Shown here: positions 33,901 to 47,049 of the stretch, in pieces
Layout: every line of letters begins with the position of its first letter
Position numbering within the stretch: the stretch's first letter is position 1
NCBI GenBank assembly: GCA_003427395.1
Contig: BFEA01000044.1
Coordinates: 2,975,793 to 3,037,740 of the forward strand
Direction: 5' to 3'
Source of the DNA: Chara braunii
Lineage: Eukaryota; Plantae; Charophyceae
DNA: 61,948 nt
Notes under the pieces: model-generated
Told to the model about the DNA's origin: nothing
Seen by the model: the letters and a program-made list of their open reading frames with translations, nothing else
Database searches by the model: none
Position numbers and translations under genes: made by a program

Positions 33901-36487
33901 ATATTAACTTCTCTCTCAAACTATATTCTGATTCGTCTAAGTCAACCATCGGTAGAAAGGTATAGAGAAAAATGTCTACACCTAGACTGAGACTTTTTCT
34001 CTCTAGGAAGCATCTCGGCCAGGGGTTCATTGCTTTAGGAACCGACCCTGTTATTGACCTGGAGTGGACCGTCTAACAGGGGAATACCATGCTGTATTGC
34101 GGTGGAGCCAGCCCGACTTCTGAGTCCTGAACAATGTGTTCGAGCGAGGAGGAGGGGTATTTCAAACCACTTCTTAGAAGGTAGAGTGTCTCATGAATTA
34201 AGGGTAGTTATTTTTCTCATGCTTTCAAGTGAGGGAACACTGAATTCAAGACCTTTTTTTTAGATGGCCATCTTAGGTGTCACTGACGTATGGGGAATTG
34301 GTGCCAAAAGAACCCCAACTTATGTTTCAAATTGTGTCAAAGGAGTGTAATTAGACTACCTTCACGTCAAGACCGTGACACAAGACTCACGGCCCGGGAA
34401 GGGTAAGAGAGTCGAGTACAAAGATTGATATGTATAATTTTATTTTGACAAAGCCATTATATTGTATTCTAGATGTTCATAGGAGCATTGATCCTTCAAT
34501 TATTTTCTTCAGTACATGTGAGGCGACAATAGATTGCATAGCAGTACTGACACGATCGCGTATCGGCATGATACGAAAATGACGTTTGGTTTATAATCCG
34601 CATGAAGTTTTTTGGGAACAGAAAGAGCCACGGTTTTGGGATGAAAGTGTAAGGAACCCACCGCGAAATTATATTTTCTTGATAGAGCATGAATAACATA
34701 TTGTGCGGTATGAATTTGCGCCTACTAATCCATCCTGAGATTATGGAGACATGAATCTCGTCGTAATTCATAAAGCAAATCCCATTAGAGAAGACATTCT
34801 TGAGATTAGAGGAATGTTTGTTTATATTGTGCTATGGATGAACGATCAGCAAGGACCTTTCAGTCTCTCATCGTACGAGACGGGTACGAGAAAATATATT
34901 TAATATCTTTCGCTCTTAACGTTTTGACGTTACCACATTTGATGACGAGGTTTGTGAGATCTGGGAACATCTCTTCTTACTGACGATTCCTTTGGGCTTG
35001 CAGATGACTAACGGGCGGTGGGATCTTACTCAGGCAAGATATCTGCTGATTCCCGACACTATGAATGAAGAGTTGATTCGGCGTGCGGACCAGCTGTTAC
35101 TTGTTCAGGATGATGCACCCACACGTTGGGTTGGTTTTGTCGGATTGCTCAGAGGTGGGCAATGATTTTTTCCTAATTCGCACGCGGATGTCTGTGCCAA
35201 CGTGGTCCGACTTCCGGAAGATTTTCATGGATATACTTTGTATTTTCATCGCTCAAGTAACCTCCAATGCTTTTCTCCGGTTATTGTGAGTGTTACAATT
35301 ACCCTATCCGAAGAGCGTTACGACGTCATTCGGATTAGAGACACTTCGACTAAGCACCTTTTTCGAATGCGACAGTCGTTTCGCGCCATATTTTAGAGGC
35401 TACGATTGACTTCCTTTTATGGTACGCAGGTGGTTCGGGTCATGTGAGGTGAACGTATTACCACCTTGACTTTTGACGAGGAGGAATTCACACGACTCGA
35501 CCAGATTGAGGCAGAAGCCCGCGAGAACCGACAACTGTACATCAGCTATACCCGCCTTGAGTAATATCTATGTGTCACGTTGATTGTTTTTACGACAGTC
35601 ATATTTATATGACTCTACAAAGGTAATAATCAAAAAAAAAAAAAATTGTAAATAGGACCAACCAGATGGATAGTATCTGGATTGCCCCGATGATTGCACT
35701 ATCATGCTTACGTATTGAGGGGCAATCACATACATGAAAACACATGCTAGAAGTAAGTCGGAGATGATATAGGAGGTGTGGTCAAACCGAGAGTTCAAAC
35801 TTCAGTCATTAACCAGATCACTTGTTGATCTGCATGGTAGAAGTGAAATTTACTTGTAGAAGTTATTTGTGGCAAGTTTGAGTAGGCTTGATTTTATGAT
35901 GAAAATTTTTAATATTTTTTTCAAATGATAGTTTTTTGTTTTGAAAATGGCGATATAAAGGTTTTTTAAGTCATATGGGTCGGGAAGTAGAACTTCGGTA
36001 ATCCATCTCATCAAGCTAAAACCTGATTTTGTGAGATTTCAATATAAGGTGTATGAATTTTGTTGTTTTGTTTTCAAAAGATTGTCAAGGGACTAGGATT
36101 GTATTAAAGGGTTTCATGCTTGGTTGAGACCGTCCTAGTCGACCGACGGTCGCTCCGTATCTAGGAGATCAGCGTCCTAGGAACGGAGGACGTCCGGGCC
36201 CATTTGGCGTTAACCAACCGTATCTATACTACATCGAACGAGCAAACGCCCTCGGCTGACCTACCTCTCCGATTGCATTTAAAAAAAATCACATCTGGCT
36301 CGGTAGCTCGGCTGGGATACGCCCCTAACGTGGGATGTATAGATGGTGAACTCGGCCGGAGTTGCGAAGGGTCGACGCGGGTTACCGTGTTGTCCCCGAG
36401 TTGTCTCAAAAAGTTGAAAGCCTAAGTATGTTTTATGTGACGGGGCCAGGAGGACCCTCGCTCATGAGAGGGCCGATGCACTCGACG
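30940..36487 (+). repeat. Element A 5' LTR, right piece (~5.5 kb; TATA, G-rich repeats, embedded ORF remnant, structured U5 end)
   Basis: 30968-31156 matches 45463-45648; ends CTCGACG (cf. CGACA) two bases before the PBS; TATAAAA at 32395. Confidence 0.7.
33732..35564 (+). pseudogene. Decayed ~600-codon ORF of unknown function inside the A LTR (upstream of the PBS)
   Basis: Protein-like stretches across stops and frameshifts: MSEEEYSKEDELTDAEKMKF..., HEVFWEQKEPRFWDE..., FDDEVCEIWEHLFLLTIP..., RLPEDFHGYTLYFHR...LYISYTRLE*; acceptor-like T-tract CAG at ~33635. Confidence 0.45.
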
Positions 36488-36489
36488 GG

Positions 36490-36507
36490 TGACGCCGTTG
36501 CCGGGAA
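36490..36507 (+). promoter_or_regulatory. Primer binding site, tRNA-Asp type (Athila-like)
   Basis: TGACGCCGTTGCCGGGAA vs TGGCGCCGTTGCCGGGGA (2 G>A changes). Confidence 0.8.
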
Positions 36508-39500
36508 TAACGACAGACTACCATTGTCCCTAGCGGAACGACACTTGGGTGATTGATGGAATAAAAAGTTACTTCTCTTTTTATTTGGCCTTAGAAAAAA
36601 TCAATAATTTGATCCCAAAGGTAAAAAGAAAAGAGGAAAGAAAAAGTTATACGAAAATTGTTTGAATTTTATAAGAAAACTGACTAATTCCTAGAAATGT
36701 ATTGATTGTGATCTTATTCACTCGAGATGGCTGGGATTCAGAACATCAACGACAATCAGGATGAGGGGAGGAATAATATTCGAGAGTTTGCCAGAATTAT
36801 TCAGCAATCTCAGAAGGCACAGTTTCCAAAGGTTGAGGTTTCGTTATTCGATGACAACAATGCTGGGGAGTTGTTACAGATGGTCAAATGAAAAGATGCT
36901 GCGAATGATAAAGAGGTATTGTAAGGTGGATTACAAGGAGGAAGTGGAGGAGTTGGTGCGAGATTCGTGGAACTGACAGGAGTTCAAAGGAAAGTGCTTA
37001 GAAAAGTATCAATTGGGCGACCAGTTGCTGGACTTGGTAGATTTGTTGAAGGTCAGTCGGCGGAACTTTGGTACGACAAAGCAGTTTCTGACCGAGTTCG
37101 AGCGGGTGACACGATTGGTTCCCGACCTCCTAGACAAGGATCGTTGTCTTATCTTCCCGGATAATTTCACGGAGGTAGAGCAACGAAAGTTGGTAAACGG
37201 CATGAAGGGGCGGTATGATTGGCCAAAAATTCGAGATAATTTGTTAGCCGAGAACTTTGACAAGATCCTTTATCGACTGTTGAAACAGCAGAAGGAGGGT
37301 CGAGAGAGGGTGCACTTGGGGGTGGACAAGGACAACGAGGTCTATAAGACCTTAGGGGATATGAAGGAAATGATGCCCAGTATGAGAGAGGAGCGGTTAA
37401 AGCTCCAGGCAATGTTGGCCAAGGTGAAAAAGAGAAACAGAAAGGAGAAAGATCTAGTTATCGAGGAGAGTAGTGGTGAGAGTGACAGTGAGGAGGGAGA
37501 AGAGTCTCCTCGAAAATTGACCAATACCGAGAGAAGACCTTAAATGAAATACGAGGAGGACATGGTACTTCTCGAAAGCGCGGGGAGAGCAGTAAGAGTG
37601 GTGGAAATGAAAATGAAGAGCAACAAGCAGGCCAAGGGCAACATGGTCAGGGTCAGCAAGCTCAACTACAAGGTGGTCGGTGATGTGGTAGAGGCTAGAG
37701 GAATGGAGGCGGACGTGGAAACTGGCAAGAGTACGTCTGCAAATATTGAGACATAAAGGGTCACATTATCCGTTTCTGTCAGATCCTTGCCAAAGATGAG
37801 ACATATCAGATAGTCTTCACTACCATTTTTGGCAAGGTCTTTGACTTCAAAGGAAACCTCATCGACCCGAATATCGAAGGGGGGATGAGGAAAGAAGCTT
37901 TCTGGCGGATGGGTCGTCCCCTGCCGACCACATTCCGTTTAGCCTGGCCTGAAGAGGCAAGACTTTTTGAATTGGAGGAAGGATGACTTCCTTGGAAGTT
38001 AACGGTTATGAAGAGAAGGAAATGGAAGAGAAAACAATAAATATCATTCGCCGAGCTTGAGAAGTGACCAGGAAACTGAGAAAGTGTCGGGATTTCATTG
38101 TTCGATTATGTGTTGACATAGAAGAAGTTTGCCCCAACCTTCCCAACGTGTTCCTCTTTGGTGGTTGGGGAACCAAAGGATAGGATGGATCATTGTCGGC
38201 GACCACGTCGACTCCAGGAACAACGTTGATGGTTCGACCAATGATGATGTCCCAACCTTTGCTTAAGTGAGAGGCACCGACTATAACGATACATACACGA
38301 AAGGGAAGAAAAACCTCCCAATCGGAGTCTGCGCCAGGGGAGAGCTCAAAGGAACCTGAGAAAGAGGAACCCATTCCGATAGAGGAAGGGCATGAGGAGG
38401 AGGAAGAGAGATTGCGTGCTGAGGATGGACAGCAGGCAAGGTAGAGGGCTATGCATAGGGATCCAAAGAAAGGGAAAATCGGGGTTGAAGAAGAAGAACC
38501 TCGAAAAAAGAAGAATGTGTACACAATCCCTATTGAAAAAGGGATTGATTTTGAGCAGCTTGTGGATCGCATCCTGGAAGTCAACGCGACTTCGTTACTT
38601 TGAAGGAGATCCTTGTTGTTTCATCGAAACTCCGTGAGGAGTTTAAACAGCGAATGACACGAAAGAAGGTTATGACAGTTAAGCTCAGAGAGATTATTGC
38701 TCCAGAAGCCAACTGGGATCCTCCTGGAACAAAAATGGACTTGCGATGTGTGGTTACTGGTCACATGAATGTTTGAATCGGCCTTGGAGAGTTTTCTGCC
38801 CTTGTGGATGACAAGGATGAAATGAATATAATGAGGGAAAAACACGCGATTGAGGCTGGGGTGCAGATCAATCGCAATGACTTTGGATTTTTGGTTGGAG
38901 TCAGCGGTGCGAGTCCACTTTGTGGTACGACTAGTGGTGTGGCGGTTATGGTTGGAAAGGTCGAGGCGCGAGCGTATTTTTATATTTTGTGAAAGGTGGA
39001 GTATGAGGTGTTTCTGGAAAGATCATTTTTGTGTAGGACAGAAAACATAATATTCAACAAACATGATCGAACCATGTTTGTGGCTTTGTATCAAACCGGC
39101 TACTATAAAGTAGTGAGGTGCGGGAATACCGGACCGGAAAACTCACGAAACAGGCTGAATCCCGAGTCGTATACCTTCTCAGAATCAGAGAAGTCGAGGA
39201 AGGAGGAGTTTGTTGATGAAGAAGGTGATCCTCATGAGTTCTCATTGACAATGTCGGATATCTCGCAGGCGATCGATTTTGTAGCGACCTATCATGCGAT
39301 TGATCCGAGTTTGGTGCAAACCCTGACAGTGGTTGTGGCCGACGAAGGGGGTGCGGGGACTATGCACCTCGTTTACCGGCCAAATGATTCTCGTGTGGAG
39401 GAGTCGTTGTCGTCGGTCAGGCAAGGGCCTTTTTTAGAGGACGGAGGCTTGACGTTGGGTCAAAAAGGAAATACAAGGAAGTAGGCGAGAAAGCTTGGCC

Positions 39501-39859
39501 AGTACCTATTCTGATCACTTCGGAAAATGAGGTGTATTATAAGGAGGAACGTGAGTGGATCAGAACGATGAAAAAGAAGGGTGAGATGGGGTCGTGTCGG
39601 CTAACAGAAGACAAGAGCAAGGAGATGATCATTGGGGAGGATGATCATCTTACCAAGGAGGAGACAAAGTTCTTTGTTGACGTCATGAAGCAGATTCATC
39701 TGGCTTATGCCTTTGATGACGATGAACGCGGAAGGTTGGACGTTGATATGATTCTGATGATCCGTATGCATACGGTACCGCATCAACTGTGGAATGTGAG
39801 GGGTCCACGATATTCGGATCCAGAAGGTGGTTGATTATCTTGACGGTAAGCCCCACGAA

Positions 39860-40334
39860 TCTTTCTCTTCCTTGTGGCCGATTCTTGTAACTACCCCTTC
39901 CCTGAGTTCTACCACCACTGCGGGAGACCATTTCTCTAAGGTCTTAATCAACAATTCCCCAGACATGCAAGCAGGTTTTATCATTTAGTTCTCTACCGCA
40001 AGTGTTCCTCCCTCGTAGTCGAGGAACGCATCCATAGGTTCTGCGTCCTTTACTCCTTCCGGTGTGATGCACACCCTGCTTAAGTCGTCAGCCATGTTCC
40101 TAAGGCCGGCTATGCGCTCGATCTTATAAACTACCAAATGAACCCAAGCCATTTTTCCACGGTGGGGTCTATACGCTTGTAATTCTTTAGAGCCCCTGCA
40201 ACGTTTGTCGGATCTATTCTCAAGATGAACCTTCTCCCGAAGAGGTAGGCTTGGAAGGTCTTAAGGCAGTGGAGGACGACCCACACTTCTTTCTTGAATT
40301 GAGAGAAGCGACGCTCGACTGAATTCGGCGTCAT
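39860..40334 (-). pseudogene. Inverted RNase H fragment of a related Gypsy family inside the A RT region
   Basis: ERRFSQFKKEVWVVLHCLKTFQAYLFGRRFILRIDPT is paralogous to A's own ERNYSQFKKETLVVLHCLRIFKNYVFGRRFILQVDPT. Confidence 0.8.
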
Positions 40335-41988
40335 ATTGACTTACCGTGAGGGCACAGGTGCGCAGCCCGTAGTTCGTTTGTTTATGCGGTTCGGGAAGGG
40401 TAAGGTAGTGATTATGTTGTATGTATGTTTTGTCATGTTTGCTATACACAACTCGAAGAGTGTGGGGGGGTGGGGTGTCGGTTGGTGCTTTATTCACGAT
40501 GTTCATGGGACGATGGACCAAGGTGGCAGATTATTCATCCGGACCGTATGCATCTTATTGGTTCTGCTTCATTAAGTCGAACGGTGTCTTGTGATGGGTT
40601 CAAGACCTGCAAAAGTTGAATTTTGTGACAGTTTGAGATGCGGGCGGGCTTCCGAATGCAAATCAACTTTCAGAATCTTGTGCAGACAGGCCCATCATCA
40701 CCCTAATTGACTTGTATTCAGGGTATGATCAGTTTCCATTGTATACAGCAGATCAACCTCTGACAGCGATGCATACGCCTCGGGGACTGCTTCATATGTG
40801 CGCAGCACCACAGGGTTGGATAAATGTCGTCACGATTGTGCAGAGATATATGATGAGGGTCATGCAACCGTTTTGTTCGGATATGACCTCTCCATATATC
40901 GATGATTTGACCATCCCAGGACCTCGTGTTAAGGATGAGACTGAAGTGTTACCCAACGTTCGAAAGTTTGTGTGGGAACACATCAGTAATGTGAAAAACG
41001 TTATGAGGAAATTAAAAGAGTATAACCTCACTGCTAGTAGGGTTAAATCAAGGCATGGAATGGGGAAGGCGGTAATATTGGGGTTTCTTTGTGATGAAAA
41101 CGGTCGTCGGCCAAACGCCAAGAAGACAAATAAAATTTTGGAATGACCGACTCCCTTCATATGTATTACCGACATTCGGAGTTTCCTTGGAACATGCGGA
41201 TTTTGGCGTATTTTTATTCACAGGTTCGCAGCGAGAGTAAAACACTTGCAGAAATTAGTACGCAGGAATCAAATCTAGGAATGAGGACGGAGGCAGCAAA
41301 CACCCGTTGAGGATATTAAGGTTGAGTTTCGAGAAGGCGGCCTGATTTTGAGAGTTCCGTACTTTGATGATAATGTAGGGTGTCCTTTCATGATCGAGAC
41401 TGATGCGGGTCCCACAACTCTGGGTGGTGTCTTAGTTCAAAAAGATGAGGAAGGACAAGAGCGGCCGCTGAAATTTGAAACAAAAACTCTGAGTACTGTT
41501 GAGCGGAACTATTCCCAATTCAAAAAGGAAACTCTCGTTGTGCTTCACTGTTTGCGTATCTTCAAGAATTATGTATTTGGCAGACGGTTCATTCTACAAG
41601 TCGATCCTACGGCCTTGGATTAATCGTTCAAAAACTATTATCCTTCTGATTCAACCATTGCTCGATGGTTGACGTACTTTTGAATGTTCAATTTTGAAAT
41701 TGAACGTATGTCGAACACTCATAATCACGCAGATGGGTTGAGTCGTGTTGATTGGGACTCATCGACAGATCAGGCCGAGGATTCAGTTCATGTGGATGGG
41801 TTCCTGGAAGGGAAAGAGTTGCAGTTAAGTGTCAATTTGTATAATTACGTGGCGGATGTAGCAACCCGACGTGGAAGAACCATTTTGAATGCTCCTAGTT
41901 TTCATTATGTACGACCGAAGTTAGTAATGAGGGAGTCATTCATTGAGGATGACTCATGGGGTGAAACGATATCAGAGCAAATGATGAG

Positions 41989-42527
41989 CTTGACTTTATC
42001 TGATGAAGTTAAACTTATTACAGAGCTGCTGACGATATAGTATGGGCACAAGAAAGTTGATAAAACTTTTAGGATCACTGGGAGATGTTTTTCCTCGTGA
42101 ATTCCCTGATTCACGATGACCGCCTGAAAATAATGAATGAAGAAGGAAAAGGCAGTGAGATCAGAGAAACTTTCAGAGAAGGAGAATATGATGGAGAGTA
42201 TAGATTGATGCGGATGTGGTTGAATGGTGAATTGAAAGAAGATGTGATAGATCTTGTTCTTGACTTTATCTGATGAAGTCGAACTTATTACAGAGCTGCT
42301 GACGATATAGTATGGGTACGAGCAAGTTGATAAAACTTTTAGGATCACTGGGAAATGTTTTTCCTTGTGAATTCCCTGATTCACGATGACCGCCTGAAAA
42401 TGATGAATGAAGAAGGAAAGGCAGTGAGATCAGAGAAACTTTCAGAGAAGGAGAATATGATGGAGAGTATAGATTGATGCGGATGTGGTTGAATGGTGAA
42501 TTGAAAGAAGATGTGGTAGATCTTGTT
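41989..42527. repeat. 270-bp tandem duplication within A pol
   Basis: TGACTTTATCTGATGAAGT... at 41991 and 42261, near-identical. Confidence 0.95.
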
Positions 42528-44904
42528 GTTCGTCACACGAGTAAGGACTATGTCGTTCGGTATAGTCATCTTTGTAAGAAGTCTGACGATGGTATTCCAA
42601 AGAGAGTGCACGTCAACTTGATGTGATTGCGGCCTTGCATGATGGGGTGGTAGACTGGCATAGATCGACATGAGTGACATTGAAAAAAAATCAACATCTT
42701 TATTTTTTGAAAGGAATGTGCATGATGATAATTGACTTTTGTAAATCTTGCCTTCCTTGTTAAAGACGATCTAATGTACGTTTTGTTGAACCTCTTAATC
42801 CACGCTATATGGCTGAGCGGGGAGCAGTGGTACACCTTGATCTATTGGTCATGCCACATGTGATTAATAGGTACAGATATATCTTCGATGCAAGGGATAA
42901 CTTAACTGGGTTCGTTGATGGTTGCGTCATTCGCGAGCGTACTGGGCATGTTTTGGCAGAATGCATCGAAGAATATTATCTTCGATACACGTTTATCCGG
43001 GAGTTTGTCATGGATCGAGGTGGTGAGTTCCGAGTTGGGGAAGTGCAATCGCTTTTGAAAAAGTTTGGGGTAAGTTTTAGCTATACTACAACGGCGCATC
43101 CCAGGCTAATGCGCCAGTTGAGCGTGGACATGCCACTCTTACGAATTTGTTGGCAAAATGGTGTGCGGATGATCCATCGAGATGACCGATATATCTGAGA
43201 ACGACATTCTTTATTGAGAATGTCACCATAAAACAAACAACTGGATATGCTCCGGTCACATTGTGGTTTGGACGACATGCAACTTTCTAATTGAAAGTTT
43301 CCTGACCACTTGACGAAAGCAGGATGTGGAAACGGAACTTTCAACGGAAGAGTTGTTGGATTTAAGGGCAAAACATGTGATGGTGAGTGAGGAAAGGGTT
43401 GAGGAGGCCGCAGCCTCTACTACAGAAAGTAGATAGGCAGACAAGGAAAAATGGATAAGGGCGCTCGTTTTCGTAAGGAACCTTTGGAAGCTGGAGATAT
43501 TGTTCTTCTTTATGACACATCCTTGGAAAAACAGTGGTGTCGAAAATTGGACAGCCGATGGTTGGGGCCCTATCGTATTGTCAGAAAATCTTAGCATGAA
43601 GCTTATGAGATTCAGAAATTGGACAGGGCTCGAGGTCGGGATTGGGTATCAGAATCGCATTTGCGAAAATTTATTCCAATAGCTTAATAAAGGATTTTAG
43701 TTGATATAAACTTTTGATGATGGATAACTTAACCTTCTTCTTTTAATTATTGACTATTATCTAAGGCCGAACAAGGGGGGATTGTAACTTTGGACTTCGG
43801 GGTTTGAATTTAATTTGGGGTCTATGGTTCCATAGTTTGTAATAATTAATAATATCTACGACTTCTGTTCGTAGAGCTGTTTTTGTGAAATTTCATGGAT
43901 GGATTGAAAATCCTGTTTCGACTCTTAATTTTGAAAGAATGCTTATTATTTTTCGATGCAATGAGCTGCAATACAAATTTTAGAATATTTTTGGACCGGA
44001 ATGTTGTGGAAGTCTCTGTAAAAATATGTATTGCTACTTGATATATGTTTTGTTGTAAACAATTTTATGATAATGATATATAATCTGCATTATATGGCTT
44101 ATAGGGTAACAATTTGTGTTATTCGTAAAGGGATATACTCCAATTATTTATCATAGCCTAAAACTTTCGTAATGTTTTTAGCTATCATGATGAACCCTGA
44201 TGAAGTGAGCTTCGTAGATGGTAGTGAGGCTCACGCCGGAACTTTGTTCCTGGTCCATAGTGGGATGTTGTCACCTTTCCTTTTTAAGGAAGGTGGCTAC
44301 ATTATCATTGAAAGGGTATTGTGATTTTTGGCAACTTACTTGTGAGAGTGACGACTGTGGTTCGCCATGGGGAAAGGAGTGGTCACCTTGACCTTGTGAC
44401 GGGTGGAGTCGCCTCGCTTCTATGGTCGGGTCTGACCAACCTAGGCCATAGAGAAGGGGTAGTTCAACCTTACAAGTAGGGGACTAACACAAACATGACA
44501 CTTAAATCAGAGGGAATGAGGTGAGGCTCGAGTCTAAAGCGGGGCTTGACATCGAGATGTTATCCCTTGAGGATTACACCACTCCTCGACCCATATCATA
44601 AAGCATGCAGGGAAAATATCATGTGTGATGACTCGTAATTGGAGTGAGATACAAAACCTGGATAAGGACTTTCGATGAATGGTTGATTCAAATTCCGTCT
44701 GGACTGCCCAAGAGGTTAATTTATTTCGAAAAACCCATCAGGGGGTTAAACCTGACGTTTTTTAGAAGCTTTGGCTTAATTTCGATTGAAAGAGTTTTGT
44801 TATCATTTCTACGGAGGAGTTCCATAAGAATCTAGAAAATACTTATACTACTTATTCATACATGGTGAACGACGAGGACATCGTTCAATAGGGTCTGGGA
44901 ATAT

Positions 44905-45648
44905 TGTCGGTGCAAATACCCTTTGCCGATGGTTTTTGAACGTTAGACATTGTCCAACTTTTTCTTGTTGAATTGAAGGACTTGATGAGACCGACGTTTG
45001 CCAAAGTTTATTCAGACCTGACCTATGACTGAGAAACTAAAAGTTTTCGGACTTCAGTCCGGACACGTGTGGCGTCCAGAAGGAACGGTTGTGAATGGCA
45101 ATGCTTCGGTTTTATCAAAGTCGCACAAGCGTGCAGACATGTGGACGTTAAAGTTAAACCCTATGTAAAATAATGTCGCAGCCGCACGATTCAAGTTCTA
45201 AGTAGGATGAAAAGAGTGGTCGCGCTAGATTTTGGACCGCTGTACGAGGGAAATAAGAGGGTCGGGTCATGGGGTCTACTCCGTATAGAGGGTCTGATAC
45301 TGTTTTGCGGTCGGCCGTGGGCCACTGAGCCAAGCCGCAAAGTTTGGCCGCCTGCCGAGTTGAGAGGCGGCGCAGCTAGAGTTGAGGCAAGTCGAGCCTG
45401 CCCAGCTATGGTAGGTGGGCCTACGGGGAGGCAACTCTTCTTACAGTGCTAGGAGCTAGCCCAGTAGGTACCGCCATACAACTTTCACCCTGCAGATTTA
45501 GGGATCAAGCCCGACCGCACATAGTCCACTGGGCTAGCTCCTTTTGGAGCTGCCCCATCAAAAGTATCAAGTGACGCGGTCGATTGCTACCACCTGATCT
45601 TAGAGATCACGCGGTCGAGATCGGCCGCGTGCAGAATGGTATGACCCC
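44905..45648 (+). repeat. Element A 3' LTR (truncated after ~750 bp), preceded by a PPT-like tract
   Basis: GAGGACATCGTTCAATAGGGTCTGGGAATAT|TGTCGG; a second purine tract AAGGGGGG after pol at ~43773. Confidence 0.8.
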
Positions 45649-46494
45649 TGAACCTTTAGCAATCAAGTTATCGTTATAAGCCCGATAAACATATTCATTC
45701 CATCTGGAATGTATGTTGCGATCAGTACTGCCTACGTGCACATGTCTACACCACGGTGAAACCAACAAACACACCAACGACCCTTTATCCTGATCACGGC
45801 CAGTTAACGAAACATTTAATTGTTTTATTTTTTTTTAAACAGGCCCAGTGCCCAAGGTTGATATTCCGAAAGATAAAAACGAGGTCAGGGTCTGCACAGT
45901 CTACCCGGATGTATACTATGTATGGGAGCCTTACCCAAAAGGGACCCGGGATCCAAGAAACCCAACCAAAGTTATCATGAGCAAGATGATTGTCTCTTCA
46001 ATAGTTTATGAGCCGCCAGCTCTAACATGACACAACACGCTAGTTGCACCTTGCTCCCATTCTTACTACTTAGATAATAGAACAATCAGTAGCAATTGCA
46101 TTCAGGCCTTCTCATGCAGATTCCACCCCATACCATTGAAGATCGACTAAAGCCAAATTCGAGGGTGGGAAAAAATCAGAAAATAGATCCGAGGATCGAA
46201 AGAAAACTCCTGGTTGAATATCAAACCAGTTGTAGATGAAGATGTAATAGTTCCTTTTAAACGCTGCATCTCCTTCCCCATCAGGCCATTTGATTTCCCT
46301 CAGATTCTCCCCTGATGAATCCCCCAGCTAGTTAATCTGGAATTAATGTAGATTTTTCTGAATGTCTTGTTTTTGAATCAATGACTTGAGTATGATTTTG
46401 ACTTTACACCATTGTGCTCTGATTTCCGTCTGGACAAAATTTTAGATTATGTCAGAAACTTCCTCACGACCCACAAGCGGTTATCGGGTAGCTG

Positions 46495-46918
46495 AAAATT
46501 CAGGAATGAAAATTCTGAAGTGAGAGTTTTGGGCAGTCTGAAAATCTTGAATGGTCATGAAGTGGTGAAAGGTCCGAAGACCCTGAAAACCACTTGTTTA
46601 GGAAGGTTGCATCCTGAAGTGGTGAAGGGTGTCCTGAAGTGGTCAAGTGAGAGTTTGGGGCAGTCTGAAAGTCCTGAATGGTCCTGAAGTGGTGAAAGGT
46701 CCGAAGACCATGAAAACAACCCTTCACAACTTGAGGATGCAGCCTGCCTAAACATGTGGTTTTCAAGATCTTCGAAGCTTTCACCACTTCAGGACCATTC
46801 AGGATTTTCAGACCTGAATGGTCCTGAAGTGGTGAAAGGTCCGAAGACCCTGAAAATCATCTGCTTAGGCAGACTGCATCCTGAAGTGGTGAAGGGTGTC
46901 ATGAAGTGGTGATGAAAA
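46495..46918. repeat. Satellite-like repeat block containing a long inverted repeat (46716-46899)
   Basis: CCTGAAGTGGTGAAAGGTCCGAAGACC units; perfect 26-bp inner arms around ATTTTCAGA. Confidence 0.9.
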
Positions 46919-47049
46919 ATACGATTGTTGTTAACCTTCTCTCTTATTACCCCCTCCCAAATAACACACACGTTCTGAACCACAAAGCCCAAAGTAATGC
47001 TTTCCTACCTATATGGAATAAATTGGTTTGAAATTCTAACAAGTTTTCC

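Larger units (their letters stand above)
36728..43682 (+). pseudogene. gag-pol: Element A gag-pol, heavily disrupted (gag with CCHC remnant, PR, RT, RNase H, integrase)
   Basis: CKY*DIKGHIIRFC ~37740; ALVDD..EMNI ~38800; DLYSGYDQF, PYIDD ~40895; FMIETDA, ERNYSQFKKE; HLDLL, FVMDRGGEF; WLGPYRI ~43560. Confidence 0.9.
5068..45648 (+). mobile_element. Element A: decayed Athila-like Ty3/Gypsy LTR retrotransposon with a very large LTR; hosts nested elements B and C
   Basis: 5068-5618 and 30968-31156 together are collinear with 44905-45648; PBS-Asp at 36490; gag-PR-RT-RH-IN order 36.7-43.7 kb; PPT-like tract before 44905. Confidence 0.8.

Noticed and set aside
44195-44245. Hammerhead ribozyme (CTGATGA plus stem)
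   Set aside because: No GAAA core after the stem and no recognisable stems I/III
43783-44904. Start of the A 3' LTR after AAGGGGGG (TGTAAC)
   Set aside because: Homology with the 5' LTR begins only at TGTCGG (44905); treated as 3' UTR with an internal purine tract
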